Source of the DNA: Squalus acanthias | Lineage: Eukaryota | NCBI GenBank assembly: GCA_030390025.1 | Contig: CM059432.1 | Coordinates: forward strand, 42,100,001-42,164,000 | DNA length: 64,000 nt | Reading direction: 5' to 3' | Shown: piece after piece, positions 23,690-35,660 of the stretch | Numbering within the stretch: the stretch's first letter is position 1 | How the letters are laid out: each line of letters starts with the position of its first letter | Notes under the pieces: generated by a model | What the model saw: the letters and a program-made list of their open reading frames with translations, nothing else | The model's database searches: none | Told to the model about the DNA's origin: nothing | Program-made: the position numbers and the translations under genes

Positions 23690-24800
23690 AAGGTGTTAAT
23701 TGACATAGTATTAACTTGTTTAGCTAGCAGCCTATACCATATACACTATTCTGTAGGGGAAAAAATCCTTCCTAATCTTAAATCTTGTTTAATGCTTATT
23801 AATTTTATAATTGTGTCCTTTAGTTGTGCACACTTAGTCCCAGTTAAATAATTTTCTTGCAGCTGCATTAATCATTTCTATTATCATTCTAAAAACCCAG
23901 ATCATGCCTTCTTTCACCCCTGTGTCTCTCTGCATAACTTGTTAAATTCCAGCATCATCACTCTCACACTCACTACCCTTTTGAACATATTAATGTTCTT
24001 TTCAAGTTAAAGTGTTCAAACTAAATACAATATTTCAAATCTGGCTTTGCTAATGGTCAATACAAGATTGGAATAGAGTGATTTTTTCAACTTTCATTTA
24101 AATGCTCTTGATCTGTGTCCCAGTAAATGATCAATCTTTTTTTCATAATAGTTTCACATTAACTAGGTACAGTCAGTGTATGATTAATAATGATGCCCCA
24201 ATTATTTTTTCTCCCTCTTGCTATTGGGCAATGTGTACATGTTCATATTGCAATTTATGTGTTTTTTTATATTTATCTTAAATCCATTTATTATTCCTTA
24301 CCATCCACTAATTGGTCCAATTCTCTTTGAATGCCATCAGTCTCTCTTACACTTATCGTAAGGCCACAAACTTTTACAATATAAGAATAAAAAGTGTGAA
24401 CAGTAGATGGTCCAAAGCAAATCCTTGCTGAACACCACTAGTCACTATTCCTAAGCGTAACTTCTCCATTTATCATAACTTTCAGCTTTCCATTCCATAA
24501 ACTGCTTTCAATCCAATTATCCTATTTGCTATTTATTGCAAAGCCTTATTTTTCTTTATAGGCCACAAATGTGGAACCTTATCAAATTATTTCTAGAAAA
24601 TGCAGATTGATAATATTCATTGGATTGTCTTTCTCATTGAATTTAATTTCCTCTTCAATGAATTCCAGTACATTAGTGAGGCACGACAATCCCTGATGAC
24701 TATTCTTATTGATCTCTGTACTCGATAGGTAAATTTAGACAGTACCCCGCAAATAATCTTGATCATACTGATTGATTTACTAGTATGATTTCAGGACTCA
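23690..24800 (-). mobile_element. Old, AT-eroded CR1 remnant
   Basis: The minus strand near 24570-24700 gives SCLTNVLEFIEE...FDKVPH with stop codons. Confidence 0.65.
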
Positions 24801-25184
24801 TTACTCTTTTTCCTTGCATCTTTTAAAGTATTTCTACTCGCAATTTACTACCTCCGTATTTTTTGCCTCCTTATTCAGCCAATGTAGTCTTGTTTTGTTT
24901 TGCTATGTTTCTCATTCTATTTATTGCAATACACTTCCTTTCCATATCCTTTAAAAAACTGACTTAAATACATTCCTTTTCCGTTGATTTATTTTACAGT
25001 ACCAGCTCCCACTTAAATCCTTTTCAAAGAAACAAATTCTTACATTTATATTGTGCCTTATCACATTTCTCAGAAACATCCCAAAATGCTTCATATTGAT
25101 TATTCTGCAGTGCAGTCACTGTTGATAGGTATTCATTTTCTTCAAAATAGTGATTTCAGGTGGCCATGAATCGGAGAGGGGTGA

Positions 25185-25639
25185 AAGAAAAAAAAAGAAA
25201 GACTTGCATTTATATAGCGCCTTTCATGACCACCGGAAGTCTCAATGCGCTTTACAGCCAATTAAGTACTTTTGGAGTGTAGTCACTGTTGTAATGTGGG
25301 AAATGCGGCAGCCAATTTGCGCACAGCAAGCTCCCACAAACAGCAATGTGATAATGTTATGTTGATTGAGGGATAAAAATTGGCTAGGACACCAGGGATA
25401 ACTCCCCTACTCTTCTTCGAAATAGTGCCATGGGATCTTTTACGTCCACCTGAGAGAGCAGACGGGGCTTCGGTTTAACATCTCATCCGAAAGACGGCAC
25501 CTCCGACAGTGCAGCACTCTCTCAGCACTGCACTGGAGTGTCAGCCTAGTTTTATGTGCTCAAGTCCCTGGAGTGGGACTCTGAACCCACAACCTTCTGA
25601 CTCAGAGGCGAGAGTGCTACCCACTGAGCCACAGCTGAC
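25185..25639 (-). mobile_element. tRNA-derived SINE with Deu-like central domain and L2-like tail
   Basis: Head GTGGCTCAGTGG...GGTTCAGAGTCCC. Central GGATGAGATGTTAAACCGAAG...AAAGATCCCATGGCACTATTTCG. Tail GGCGCTATATAAATGCAAG resembles the local L2 3' ends. Confidence 0.75.
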
Positions 25640-25789
25640 ACTGAGGGGGAAGCAGCTCATCCTAACGTAAATGACGGTGTGTCTGCCCGGGACCTTCAGT
25701 GCCTAACTTTACATGCCTCCAGCAGGAACCTGTATCACGGGGGTCACATCTAGGGCACCTGCCTGTCGAGATGAGGCTAGGAATCCCAG

Positions 25790-26530
25790 ATGAATGTTGG
25801 TATTCAGAGGGACCTGGGTGTCCTTGTACACAATCACTGAACGTTAACATGGAGGTACAGCAAGCAATTAAGAATGCAAATGGTATGTTAGCCTTTATTA
25901 CAAAGGATTGGAGTATAAGAGTAAAGAAGTCTTACTGCATTTATATAGGGTCTTGGTAAGACCACACCTGGAGTACTGTGTACAGTTTTGGTCTCCTTAT
26001 CTAAGGAAGGATATTCTTGCCTTAGAGGAAGTGCAACAAAGGTTCACCAGACTGATTCCTGGGATGGAGCGATTGACCTATGCCTAATTGCCTTTGAGAA
26101 GGTGGTGGTGAGCCACCTTCTTGAACCGCTGCAGTCCGTGTGGTGAAGGTACTCCCACAGTGCTGTTAGGTAGGGAGTTCCAGGATTTTGACCCAGCGAT
26201 GATGAAGGATCGACGATATATTTCTAAGTCAGGGTGGTGTGTGACTTGGAGGGGAACTTGGAGGTGGTGCCATTCCCATGCGCCTGCTGCCCTTGTCCTT
26301 CTAGGTGGAAGAGGTCGCGGGTTTGGGAAGTGCTGCCGAAGAAGCCTTGGTGAGTTGCTGCAGTGCATCTTGTAGATGGTACACACTGCAGTCATGGTAC
26401 GCTGGTGGTGGAGGGAGTGAATGCTTAAGGTGGTAGATGGGGTGCTAATCAAGCGGGCTGCTTTGTCCTGGATGGTGTCAAGCTTCTTGAGTGTTGTTGT
26501 AGCTGCATTCATCCAGGAAAGTGGAGAGTA
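25790..26530. mobile_element. CR1 fragment (+, about 25790-26082) abutting a family B LINE 3' fragment (-, 26083-26530)
   Basis: QQAIKNANGMLAFI and RPHLEYCVQFW on the plus strand. ORF 26084-26512 on the minus strand matches family B. Confidence 0.8.
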
Positions 26531-27834
26531 TGTAAAGGAATGAGCTAAACCTATTCAGAAAAATACACCATCCTATGAACAGAATTCTGATTTTATTAAA
26601 ACATGACAAACTGGGTTTAAAAATCTAAAAGCCTCAGCATCACAAAGCTGTAAACACCATGCAGGCTTTTGAGATAAAGATTGGTTATTGACACTGAGAC
26701 AATGGCCTATTGAAGAAGCAAAGTGTTGGTTCCAAGGAGTCTGCAGTTTGGAACCAACACAATAGCTATACCCAGTTTAAAGTGTTAAAAAAGTAACACG
26801 TCGAACAGAAACACAGAACATTACATTGAAGAAGCAAAGAGTTGGTTCCAAGAAGTCTGTAGTTTGGAACCAACACAATAGCAATGCCCAAGCAAAGTGT
26901 TAAAATCTAACACTTCGAACAAGAAACACAGAACATTAAAAAACCATGTACCTTTGTAAAAGTAACATCAAATGAAACAGGAAACACGATTATATATACA
27001 ACCAATTGAAGTAGCTAAGAAATGCAAAGAACACCCTAGATGAAGTGTTTTTAATTTTCATGATGTAAAAGATACAAACAGGTGACTTTGAAAATATTAC
27101 ATCAATAGATGACACCAAGCAATCACATTGTGTTTGTATTGAAAATGGAATAGTTAGGAGACACGACGTCTGCTAACAAGCAGTTAAGCCAATATTAAGA
27201 ATTGAATTGAAGACCTTTGAAAGAATGGCATCAAATAGATACTGCTGTTACATTAATTTTTATGATAAGATTTGAAACACCTATACAGCAGACAGGATTC
27301 TAAAAGTTAACAGCTGAATTGACAGTAAGAATAGAAAAGATTTCAATAGAGAATGACTAGAGATAATTAGCTTACATCAGCAGAAAACTTCAAAGGATAA
27401 ACCACTAAAAAAAGGTATAAAAATAGAGCTTTTCAGATAGAGAGAAGAAATCGCTGGAAGGGGCAGAGCGATTCTCGCCTTCAGAACCACTCTGTAGGCC
27501 TACAACTCTTTGAGTCTCAGGTAATCAAGGTATTTGATTTTGGTGGATATTCTGGATTAAGAAATAAGTAGAAATGTAGAAATGTAACGAAGTTAAGATT
27601 TGAGAATAAGGATCTCTGATAAGAAATGTAAGCTATTTGTATTTTGGACTGTTAAAGTTGCGATTGAAATCAACAGCTGTTAACTACATGTCGGTTCTTT
27701 AATAAATCTATATATTTTTAAAATTGTCTCACAGAGTATTTCTGTATCAAACTCGCAAACTCAATTTCTGTACACTCTTCTGTGAGTAGTTGCAGAATTC
27801 TGGGGGGTTTTCCAGACCCTCATAATATCCGACA
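26531..27834 (+). mobile_element. Solo LTR (family A), uninterrupted, about 1.3 kb
   Basis: TG...CA ends (TGTAAAGG...ATCCGACA). TATAAAAA near 27416 and AATAAA at 27701. Internal U3 repeats. Homologous to 1-5906. No TSD seen. Confidence 0.8.
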
Positions 27835-28149
27835 TGTTAGTTTTTAACACTTTACTCTGGGTATAGCTATTGTGTTGGTTCCAAACTGCAGACTCCTTGG
27901 AACCAACTCTTTTCTTCTTCAATGGGCCATTGTCTCAGTGTCAATAACCAATCTTTATCTCAAAAGCCTGTATGGTGTTTACAGCTTTTGTGTTAACACT
28001 TCATCTTATCTCAGAAGCCTGTATTTCTGTATACGTCTTGTGTCATTGAGGCTTTTAGATTTTTAACCCCAGTTTGTCATGTTTTAATAAAGTCTGAATT
28101 CTGTTCGTAGGATGGTGTATTTTTCTGAAATATGGCTCATTCCTTTACA
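27835..28149 (-). mobile_element. Inverted 5' fragment of a second family A LTR
   Basis: Reverse complement of about 26531-26798 with substitutions and an extra internal segment. Ends GCTCATTCCTTTACA. Confidence 0.85.
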
Positions 28150-28216
28150 ATGCCACATGCGATGGACGATCTGGCAACTTCCACTGCTGCACAGGCGGAA
28201 GCGACGCAAAATCACG

Positions 28217-28848
28217 GGGGGAGAAATTCAGTATCGCCCCATTTGGGGCGCAATTATCGGCCGGGCGCAAAGATTAGCGCCTGGCGCTAATTATCGCCAC
28301 CGACTGCAAACTTGACTTTTATCGCCCCTGGAGGTGATTGGAGAGCTAAATCAGGCGCTTCACACCTGTCTTAAGGCGCAAAGGCCGAGGAGCGAGGCGC
28401 TACCTCAGAGCGCTGGCGAAGCTCATGTAATGTCAGTCAGCAATGGAACACACACACAATGGCACGGGCCAGTTCTTAAAGGGGATGGTTAATCTTGCTT
28501 TCCATCCACATCCTGCTCATTGCAGCCTTGAATCTCGGCCTGGAGAGACTTTCCCTTCATGACTGCAGAACGCTCCCCTCAATCTGTCGTTGCTAGCATC
28601 AGGCGGTAAGGCAGGGGGCGCCACTCAATATCCGCTCCGGGGCGATACCGGGGCGTTGCGCACTCGAGTGACGTCATGATCTGCCGGCGCAGGAGATCGT
28701 GGCGGTAGTGTTTAGCGCCGCCGCAAAATGTCTAGTTAATTTCGCGAGCGGCGCAAACTTCGCCGCGCCTGGGCGCTAGATGCTTTGCGCCCCATTAGCG
28801 CCCTCTTAAGGCGCTAACGGGAGGCGCAACCAACTGAATTTTTCCCCC
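28217..28848 (-). mobile_element. MITE: internal-deletion derivative of the 1056-5201 family
   Basis: The left part matches the reverse complement of about 4870-5201 and the right part matches the reverse complement of about 1056-1305. TIRs GGGGGAGAAATT / AATTTTTCCCCC. Confidence 0.9.
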
Positions 28849-29537
28849 TTAGTGCTGTACTGCAGTCTATGCTTGGTGGCATCCAATCTCAGACTGCTCT
28901 CATGCAGTCTCAGCTTGATGCCACGCAAGCTCTGACTGCTGCCATCCTGGCTGGGTCTACCACTGCCGACCGGGGCTTTCATGATGTCGCAGCAGGCCAG
29001 CAATCTGTGCTCCAACAGATTGCTAGGGATGCTGAGGTGCTGCCCTGGTGGAGTGGCAGTGGGTCAGTGGAGCAGGAACCTGCTGTCCTCTCTCAGGATG
29101 ACAGCATTCCTGCTCCCACCACTGCCACTCCACCATCGCCCTTGTCACTGCTTGTCATCCAGTCAGCCCAGATTGCTGTCGCCCATGCTGAGGTGATGCA
29201 GTCTACAGCCGGGCCTTCCCGGTCCCAAGCTGGTTGAGGGCATCCTGCAAGGCCATCTGAAGTCTCCCGCACGGACACTCAGCAGCCTTCCACAAGCCCT
29301 GCTGCAGCCACTGGGCCAACACTTCGTAGGAGCACTAGAGTAGGCAAAGGCACAGTAATGAGAGGCACTAAGGGATTCCACAAGGGCGAATAGTTAATAT
29401 TTTTGGTGCAAATATGTGTTCACTGACTTTTGATAAACTTATTAATTCAGTTTGGATATAGCTTTGCGTTGTGATATGGCCTGCGACAGGAATGGAATGA
29501 TGGAGATGTGGTGAGCAACGGGGATCTGGGGTTTAAT

Positions 29538-30725
29538 TTATTCAAACCACAGTCTGATGAGGTGGTCATCGACCGCCCTTCCAGAAGGCCGATTGAGTGG
29601 CTGCCTCCTCCCTCGCTCCTGTTCCTCCTCCTCCTCCTTGTTCTCCTCGTCGTCCTCCTCATCTTCTTCTTCTTCTTCCTCTTCCTCCTCGTCCTCTTTC
29701 TCCTCTCCCTCTTCCTCCTCCTGAGGTGGTCCCGCAATCCTTGGTGGCAAGGGCTGGGCCCTCATGATGGCCAAGTAGTGGAGCATGCAGCAGACCACCA
29801 CGAAATGGGACACCCGCTCAGCCGAGTACTCAGCCATTGCTTCAGCAGGCCGATGGTCTGCGCGATGATTTTCCTGGTGGCAGCATGGCTCTCATTATAT
29901 GAGTGCTGGGCAGGAGTGTTGGTGTTGCGGAGGGGGTCATGAGCCAGTTGGAGAGAGGATAGCCCTTGTCTCCGAGCAGCCAGCCCCGAGTTTGACGTGG
30001 TGGCTGGAAGAGTGCTGACACCCTGGTCTGGCGCAGGATGAAGGCATCGTGGCTGCTGCCAGTATAACGGGCATTGATGGGGAGGATTCACTATCTGTGG
30101 TCGCACACCAACTATACATTAAGTGAGTGGTAGCCTTAGCGGTTAGTGAAGACCTCAGGATTGTTATGCGCTGCCCGCAAAGCCATGTGGGTGCAGTTAA
30201 TGGCACCCTGCACCACGGGGAATCCCGCTATCATGGCAAAGCCACATGCACGCTCGTCCTGCTTCTCTCTGGTGATGGGGAAGGAAATGTAGTCCCTTCT
30301 ATGACTGTAGAGAGCCTCTGTAACCTCCCGGATGCAGCGATGGACGGCGAACTGCGAGATGTTACCTATGTGTCCTGTTGCAGACTGGAAGGATCTGCTG
30401 GTGAAGAAATTGAGGGCAACGGTGACTTTGACTGCCACTGGAAGAGCCGTGGTTGCCCTGGTCTGAGACTGGTGGTCTGATTACAGGAGGTGGCAGAGTT
30501 CTGTGACCAACTCCTTGGTGAAGCAGAGCCTTCTACTACACTGCTCCTTGCTTAATTGGAGGTAGGAGAAGTGCTCTTGGAATACCCTCAGAGGGTAAGG
30601 CCTCCTGTTGAGAGCCCTGATGGCCATCCTTCTCCCTCAGGGCACATGTTCCAGTCTTTCTCGCTGCCTCCGCTCTCTCCCCTGTAGATCCTGGAGGGTG
30701 AGGTCGACTGCCAGTACAGCCACCT
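29538..30725 (-). pseudogene. Harbinger transposase pseudogene
   Basis: Fragments AVKVTVALNFF, VQGAINCTH and VVVCCMLHYLA plus an acidic tail, spread over several frames. Confidence 0.9.
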
Positions 30726-30729
30726 TTAA

Positions 30730-31810
30730 TGTTATGATGTGTAGAATTTTGATTCTTTAACGAATAAATGTAGCTACTTCCTGGTGCGTCACACCAGCTC
30801 TCCCTGTCGGTGTTTACTCCAGGCGCAAAGGTAAGTAGCGAGAATCAATTTAGCAGATTGGGTGGTCTGTGAGCATTGCACACTCACTGGCATCACATTC
30901 CACCTGCCGTTGACGTGTAAGACGTGCGGAATTACCCCTCACCCCGTCCAACAGGTTATAGAGTTCGGACTTGAGACTTATGAGAAATTACACCAGACAC
31001 ACGGGTTCTGCCTTTTATTGTTCCTAAAACAGATTCAAAACCCCAACCACTATCGAGCAGTACACCAATAATGTTACAAGAAATCATACATACATCCACT
31101 CGCAGATGATCAGTCCAGCGTTGATTGTATGTCCTCATAGGTGAGATGACTGGCCAGGCCACCTCCTTCCGACTGCATTGCCGATATTTTTCGTCACTGG
31201 TTTTTATACAGTTTTCCTTGCCTTTTTCAGTAAATCAATCATTCAGAGATGGTGAGATGTTCCTTTAATGTTCGACCTAAGTTGTTTGAGCTGTCAAAGT
31301 TTCACACTCACACATTCTGTGTGGCTACCCATTAGTTGCCTTTATTAAAGCCCAAAATTGTTCATTCACGTTGCATCCTGTATTTCAGAACTTGAAAGGT
31401 TTGACTCCTCCCCTTTAGCCACCAAAAGTCGTTCTACAATCTTGTAGCCTGTTTTGTTGTAGACACGAAGTCTGCAAATCTAAGGGGGTTTGTTTATCTC
31501 TGTTGTCTATGACTACCCCCTGCAGTCACAACCATTTGTTCTGTCAGTATCTGCTTATCTGAAACACAGCTCTTGAAATATCTCCATCACAAAGCAGCTT
31601 CCAAATACAACAGTTCCTTTTGAAAGCACATTTGCTCCCAAATGTTTGCTGCCTTTTAGTAAAGCACATCAAAGCACATTCCATGACCACTTATCAGTGA
31701 AAGACCATCTGTTACAACTTTATTTCACTTCAAAAAAACCTTTTAGCCTGGCAAAGCATTTCAATATATACCAAAATTAAAAATTAAGGGTCTGTGTATG
31801 CCTACAGACA
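30730..31810 (-). mobile_element. Probable solo LTR (family B)
   Basis: Non-Harbinger block bounded by TG...CA inside the Harbinger. On the minus strand TATAAAAA near 31208 is followed by AATAAA near 31019. No TSD seen. Confidence 0.55.
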
Positions 31811-31965
31811 TTCCCGGCGATACCTCTTACCGGCGGCACTATGGGGGGGGGCGGGATTTGGCATGCAGCGCTGGATGTACCTCGCCCTGGCGATACTGGT
31901 ATAGCACCCCATTACCGCCATCTGCTGGTGCTAATGGGAGGCGCTAAGGGGATGAATTTTCCCCC

Positions 31966-33257
31966 TTATGTGTCCTCCTCACTGCTTGCTTACCCACTTA
32001 GCTTTGTATCATCAGCAAACTTGGATACATTACACTCGGTCCCTTCATTTACGTTATTAATATAGACTGTAAATAGCTGAGGTCCAAGCACTGATCCTTG
32101 CAGCAACTCACTAGTTATAGTCTGCCAACAGAAAATGACCCGTTTATCCCTACTCTCTGTTTTCTGTCCGTTAACCAATCCTCTATCCATGCTAGTATAT
32201 TATCCCAACCTCATGAGCCCTTATCTTGTGTAACAACCTTTTATGTGGTACCTTTCTTTTCGTTCACGGGATGTGGGCGTCGTTGGCAAGGCCAGCATTT
32301 ATTGCCCATTCCTAATTGCCCTTGAGAAGGTGGTGGTGAGCCGCCATCTTGAACCAGTGCATTCTATGCTTCTTTGTAACAGTTTGGTATAACTGAATAT
32401 TTTGCTAGGTCATTTCAGAGGGCAGTTAATAGTCAATCACATTGCTGTGGGTCTGAAGTCACATATAGGCCTGACCAGGTAAGGACGGGAGATTTCCTTC
32501 CCTAAAGGACATTAGTGAACCAGATGAGTTTTTACGACAATCCGGCAGTTTCACGGTCACCATTACTGACACTAGCTTTTTATTCCAGATTTATTTAATT
32601 AACTGAATTTACACCTTGTCGAATGCCTTTTGAAAATTCAAATATAATCTACCCTGTTAGTTACATCCTCAAAAAACTCTAATAAATTTGTTAAACACGA
32701 TTTCCTTTTCATAAAACCATATTGACACTGCCTAATCATATTATAATTTTCTAAGTGCCCTGTTACCATTCCTTAACAATGGATTCCAGCATTTTCCCGA
32801 TGACTGATGTCAGGCTAACTGACCTGTAGTTCCCTATTTTCTCTCTCCTTCCTTTCTTGCATAGCGGGGTTACATTTGCTACCTTCCAATTGCTGCGACC
32901 ATTATAGAATCTAGGGAATTTTGGAAGATCACACCCAATGCATCCACTATCTCTGCAGCCACCTCTTTCAGAACCCTAGGATGTAGGCCATCAGGTCCAG
33001 GGGCTTTGTTGGCTTTTAGTCACATTAGTTTCTCAAGTACTTTTTCTCTGCTGCTATTAATTACTTTAATTTCCTCAATCTCATTAGCACTTTGGTTCCG
33101 CACTATTTTTGGTATTTTTTGTGTCTTCTACTGTGAAGACAGATACAAAATATTTGTTTAATGTCTCTGCCATTTCCTTATTCCCTATTATAATTTCTCC
33201 TGTCTCAGCCTCTAAGGGACCAACGCTTACTTTTGCTACTCTCTTCCTCTTTACATA
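31966..33257 (-). mobile_element. CR1 LINE fragment carrying an inserted SINE-like element (about 32255-32611) whose tail matches LINE family B
   Basis: LGPQLFTVYIN, KFADDTKL and GEIIIGNKEMAE motifs. The insert is flanked by ACCTT direct repeats. Confidence 0.75.
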
Positions 33258-33431
33258 GGTGAATATGAGGCTCAGGTGAATATATTCAGGGGCTAATAAT
33301 GAGTTTGTGGTTGTTTGTTGTTTACCCATGTCTGTCACTAAAAAAGACATATCCTAAAAGGGCAGCTGGCACAGTACTGAACACTGCCTTCATCACTAAG
33401 TGTAAAATATTTGTATTTGTATTTCTTCACT

Positions 33432-33469
33432 TCACCTGACGAAGGAGCAGCCGCTCCGAAAGCTTGTGA
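33432..33469 (+). ncRNA. Minimal type I hammerhead ribozyme motif in a short Penelope-like terminal fragment (about 33425-33525)
   Basis: TCAC-CTGACGA-A-GGAGC(agcc)GCTCC-GAAA-GC-TT-GTGA: both catalytic core boxes, a 5-bp stem II, a 4-bp stem I and palindromic AGCT at stem III. Confidence 0.75.
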
Positions 33470-35268
33470 TTTCAAATAAAACTGTTGGACTATAACCTGG
33501 TGTTGTGCGACTTCTCACTTTTGTAAAATAACTGATCACATTCTGCAACAAGTATAGAAGCAGCAAAACAATTGTTTACTTAAAAAAAGGACCCTTCCTG
33601 ACCATACCAGCTTATCCCTTATGACAGATAGCACTGAAATGGCAGCTCAGAAAACAGTAGTACAAAGTTTCCAAGGCACCCTTATCTGTACCCAGTGCTT
33701 TAGATAAAATCTGTGTGCAAAGCCTTCTGTAATTTACATTGCTGCAACCTCTTCGGGTGCAGACAACAGAAAAGCCATTTTTGGTGGTATTTGGGAGCAG
33801 GGCAGAGGAAAACTGGTCTGATTGTATCTTTTCAATGGTGTTAAGATAATTAACTCTCCTCACATTTGTGAATAACTTACAAACCAATGCCTTCAACAAC
33901 GTAATTAGCCTTCACCGTCTAACTAAACATCCATACAAATAGACTGAAAGTGAATGACTAGCCATAAAGTTAATCCTATATTTTTTGTAACAGTTTGACT
34001 TATGATCAGACTTATTAAAATTAACCAGAGATGTGATTAGTTAGATGCTACAAGTGATTCAAAATATGCATCCAAATCTATTGATTAACTAGTCAATATG
34101 AATATCAATTTCATTTTAAAGCATGTGGATTTAATAAAACCAAAATTAATATCTATTTTCACATAATGTTATTACACACAAATCATACACTGGTAAATAT
34201 AGAAAGCAATCACACTAGGAATGCATCTTTTTATAATTAAAAATCAGGTTTGTCATGAAAAAACAATTGTGCATTTTCAGTACAATAAAATAATATCTAA
34301 TATGTAAATGATAAGTTTGAAATGAAAAATCGTGTCATACATCAGCTCATCTGATTAACACATTTCAAAGGATACTAAATCCTTTTAATTAATTTTCCAT
34401 GCTAGACTGGTAAAAGTCTTAAGCTCCACTGCAGGATTTTCAAATTGTCACTGATGCTTTGGAATATTTTGCAGCAAGACATGGGTATTCATCATGCTCC
34501 TTTGAATTTAGCAATATTTATACTGGTTTCTGATTACATTCTTCTTAGTTGAATCAATCTTCACATCTTGAAGAATTTTTTAAAAATTCCAATTGTTATC
34601 CCTTTATCGCTATCGATTTATCCCTTTTCATCTCCTGTGATCTAATATACAAACATATGTAGATAATGTAATTTCCCACTGTATATGTTCTGGCAATCAA
34701 TCTCAATATCTCTAGTTTATTATTAAATGACAATTGACCAAAGCTGTCGTGTCAACCAAAGGACCTAGAAATATCCAATTTTTATAGAATCGCACAGTTA
34801 CTGATTTCATTGTAGACAGCTGCGCATTGTCTTGATGAATTACGTGATCAGAAAGGTAGTGACCCATATTTAATAACAGAAATTTATTAGAGCCATAATA
34901 TGATAATAGTGTTGGAGCTTTTAATATGTTGGTGAACAGAATTAGGTGGTAGGATTCTCTTAACGATATGGCATCCCTTCTTTAGATTGAAATAGCTGAG
35001 CTTTTTACTAAGACAACTAAATGCATGAAGCTATTCTATTTTTACATATCTGATTTCATGAAATTACATTTACATAAAGGATAATGTGAAAGGTTTCAGG
35101 ATCCATAAAATGCATATCGACAGAAACAAATCAAGAAACTAGAACATTTGTGAAGGGAGATTCAGATTGGTAAGTGCTGTTCTTGGCCAAACCTTCTGTT
35201 ATTTTGAGAGGAAGAAGTTCAGGTGAACTTTCAGTTGGCAGTTCAGGAAAAATATAATTATTTCCCAG

Positions 35269-35660
35269 TGGAACATCACGGGAGAGACCCGGATTGAATT
35301 TGAACAGTGCAGGGAACCCAAGCAGTGGCGGAACATCGCAGGAGAGACCGAGAGTGAATTTAAAGAACGTGGGGAACCTGAGCGGTGGCGGACCATCGCA
35401 GGCCCGGAAGTGAATTTAAACAGGGCGGGGATCCAAGCAGTAGCAGGGCATCGCGGGAGAGGCCCAGAGTGAATTTAAACAGGGCGGGGATCCAAGCAGT
35501 AGCAGGGCATCGCGGGAGAGGCCCAGAGTAAATTTAAACAGGGCGGGGATCCAAGCAGTGGCAGGGCATCGCGGGAGAGGCCCAGAGTGAATTTAAACAG
35601 GGCGGGGATCCAAGCAGTAGCAGGGCATCGCGGGAGAGGCCCAGAGTGAATTTAAACAGA
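35269..35660 (+). repeat. 59-bp tandem repeat (about 6.5 units) upstream of a CR1 ORF1
   Basis: Unit GAATTTAAACAGGGCGGGGATCCAAGCAGTAGCAGGGCATCGCGGGAGAGGCCCAGAGT. The last four units are nearly identical. Confidence 0.95.

Larger units (their letters stand above)
28150..31965 (-). mobile_element. Degenerate Harbinger (ORF2 remnant on +, transposase on -), interrupted by a MITE and an LTR; left end missing
   Basis: 28850-29390 resembles exon 3 of the 3023-4844 gene (LSQDDSIPA, QSTAGPSR). Terminus GAATTTTCCCCC at about 31954-31965. Confidence 0.8.

Noticed and set aside
1..27834. The two family A LTRs as the ends of one provirus
   Set aside because: They are in opposite orientation, clearly diverged, and no gag/pol/env sequence lies between them.
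33881..33943. Minus-strand segment with acceptor and GTAAGT donor
   Set aside because: Stop codons occur in all three frames, so it is not a coding exon; a non-coding exon cannot be assessed here.
35269..35660. CRISPR-like array
   Set aside because: The units are contiguous tandem copies without unique spacers, the context is eukaryotic, and there are no cas genes.
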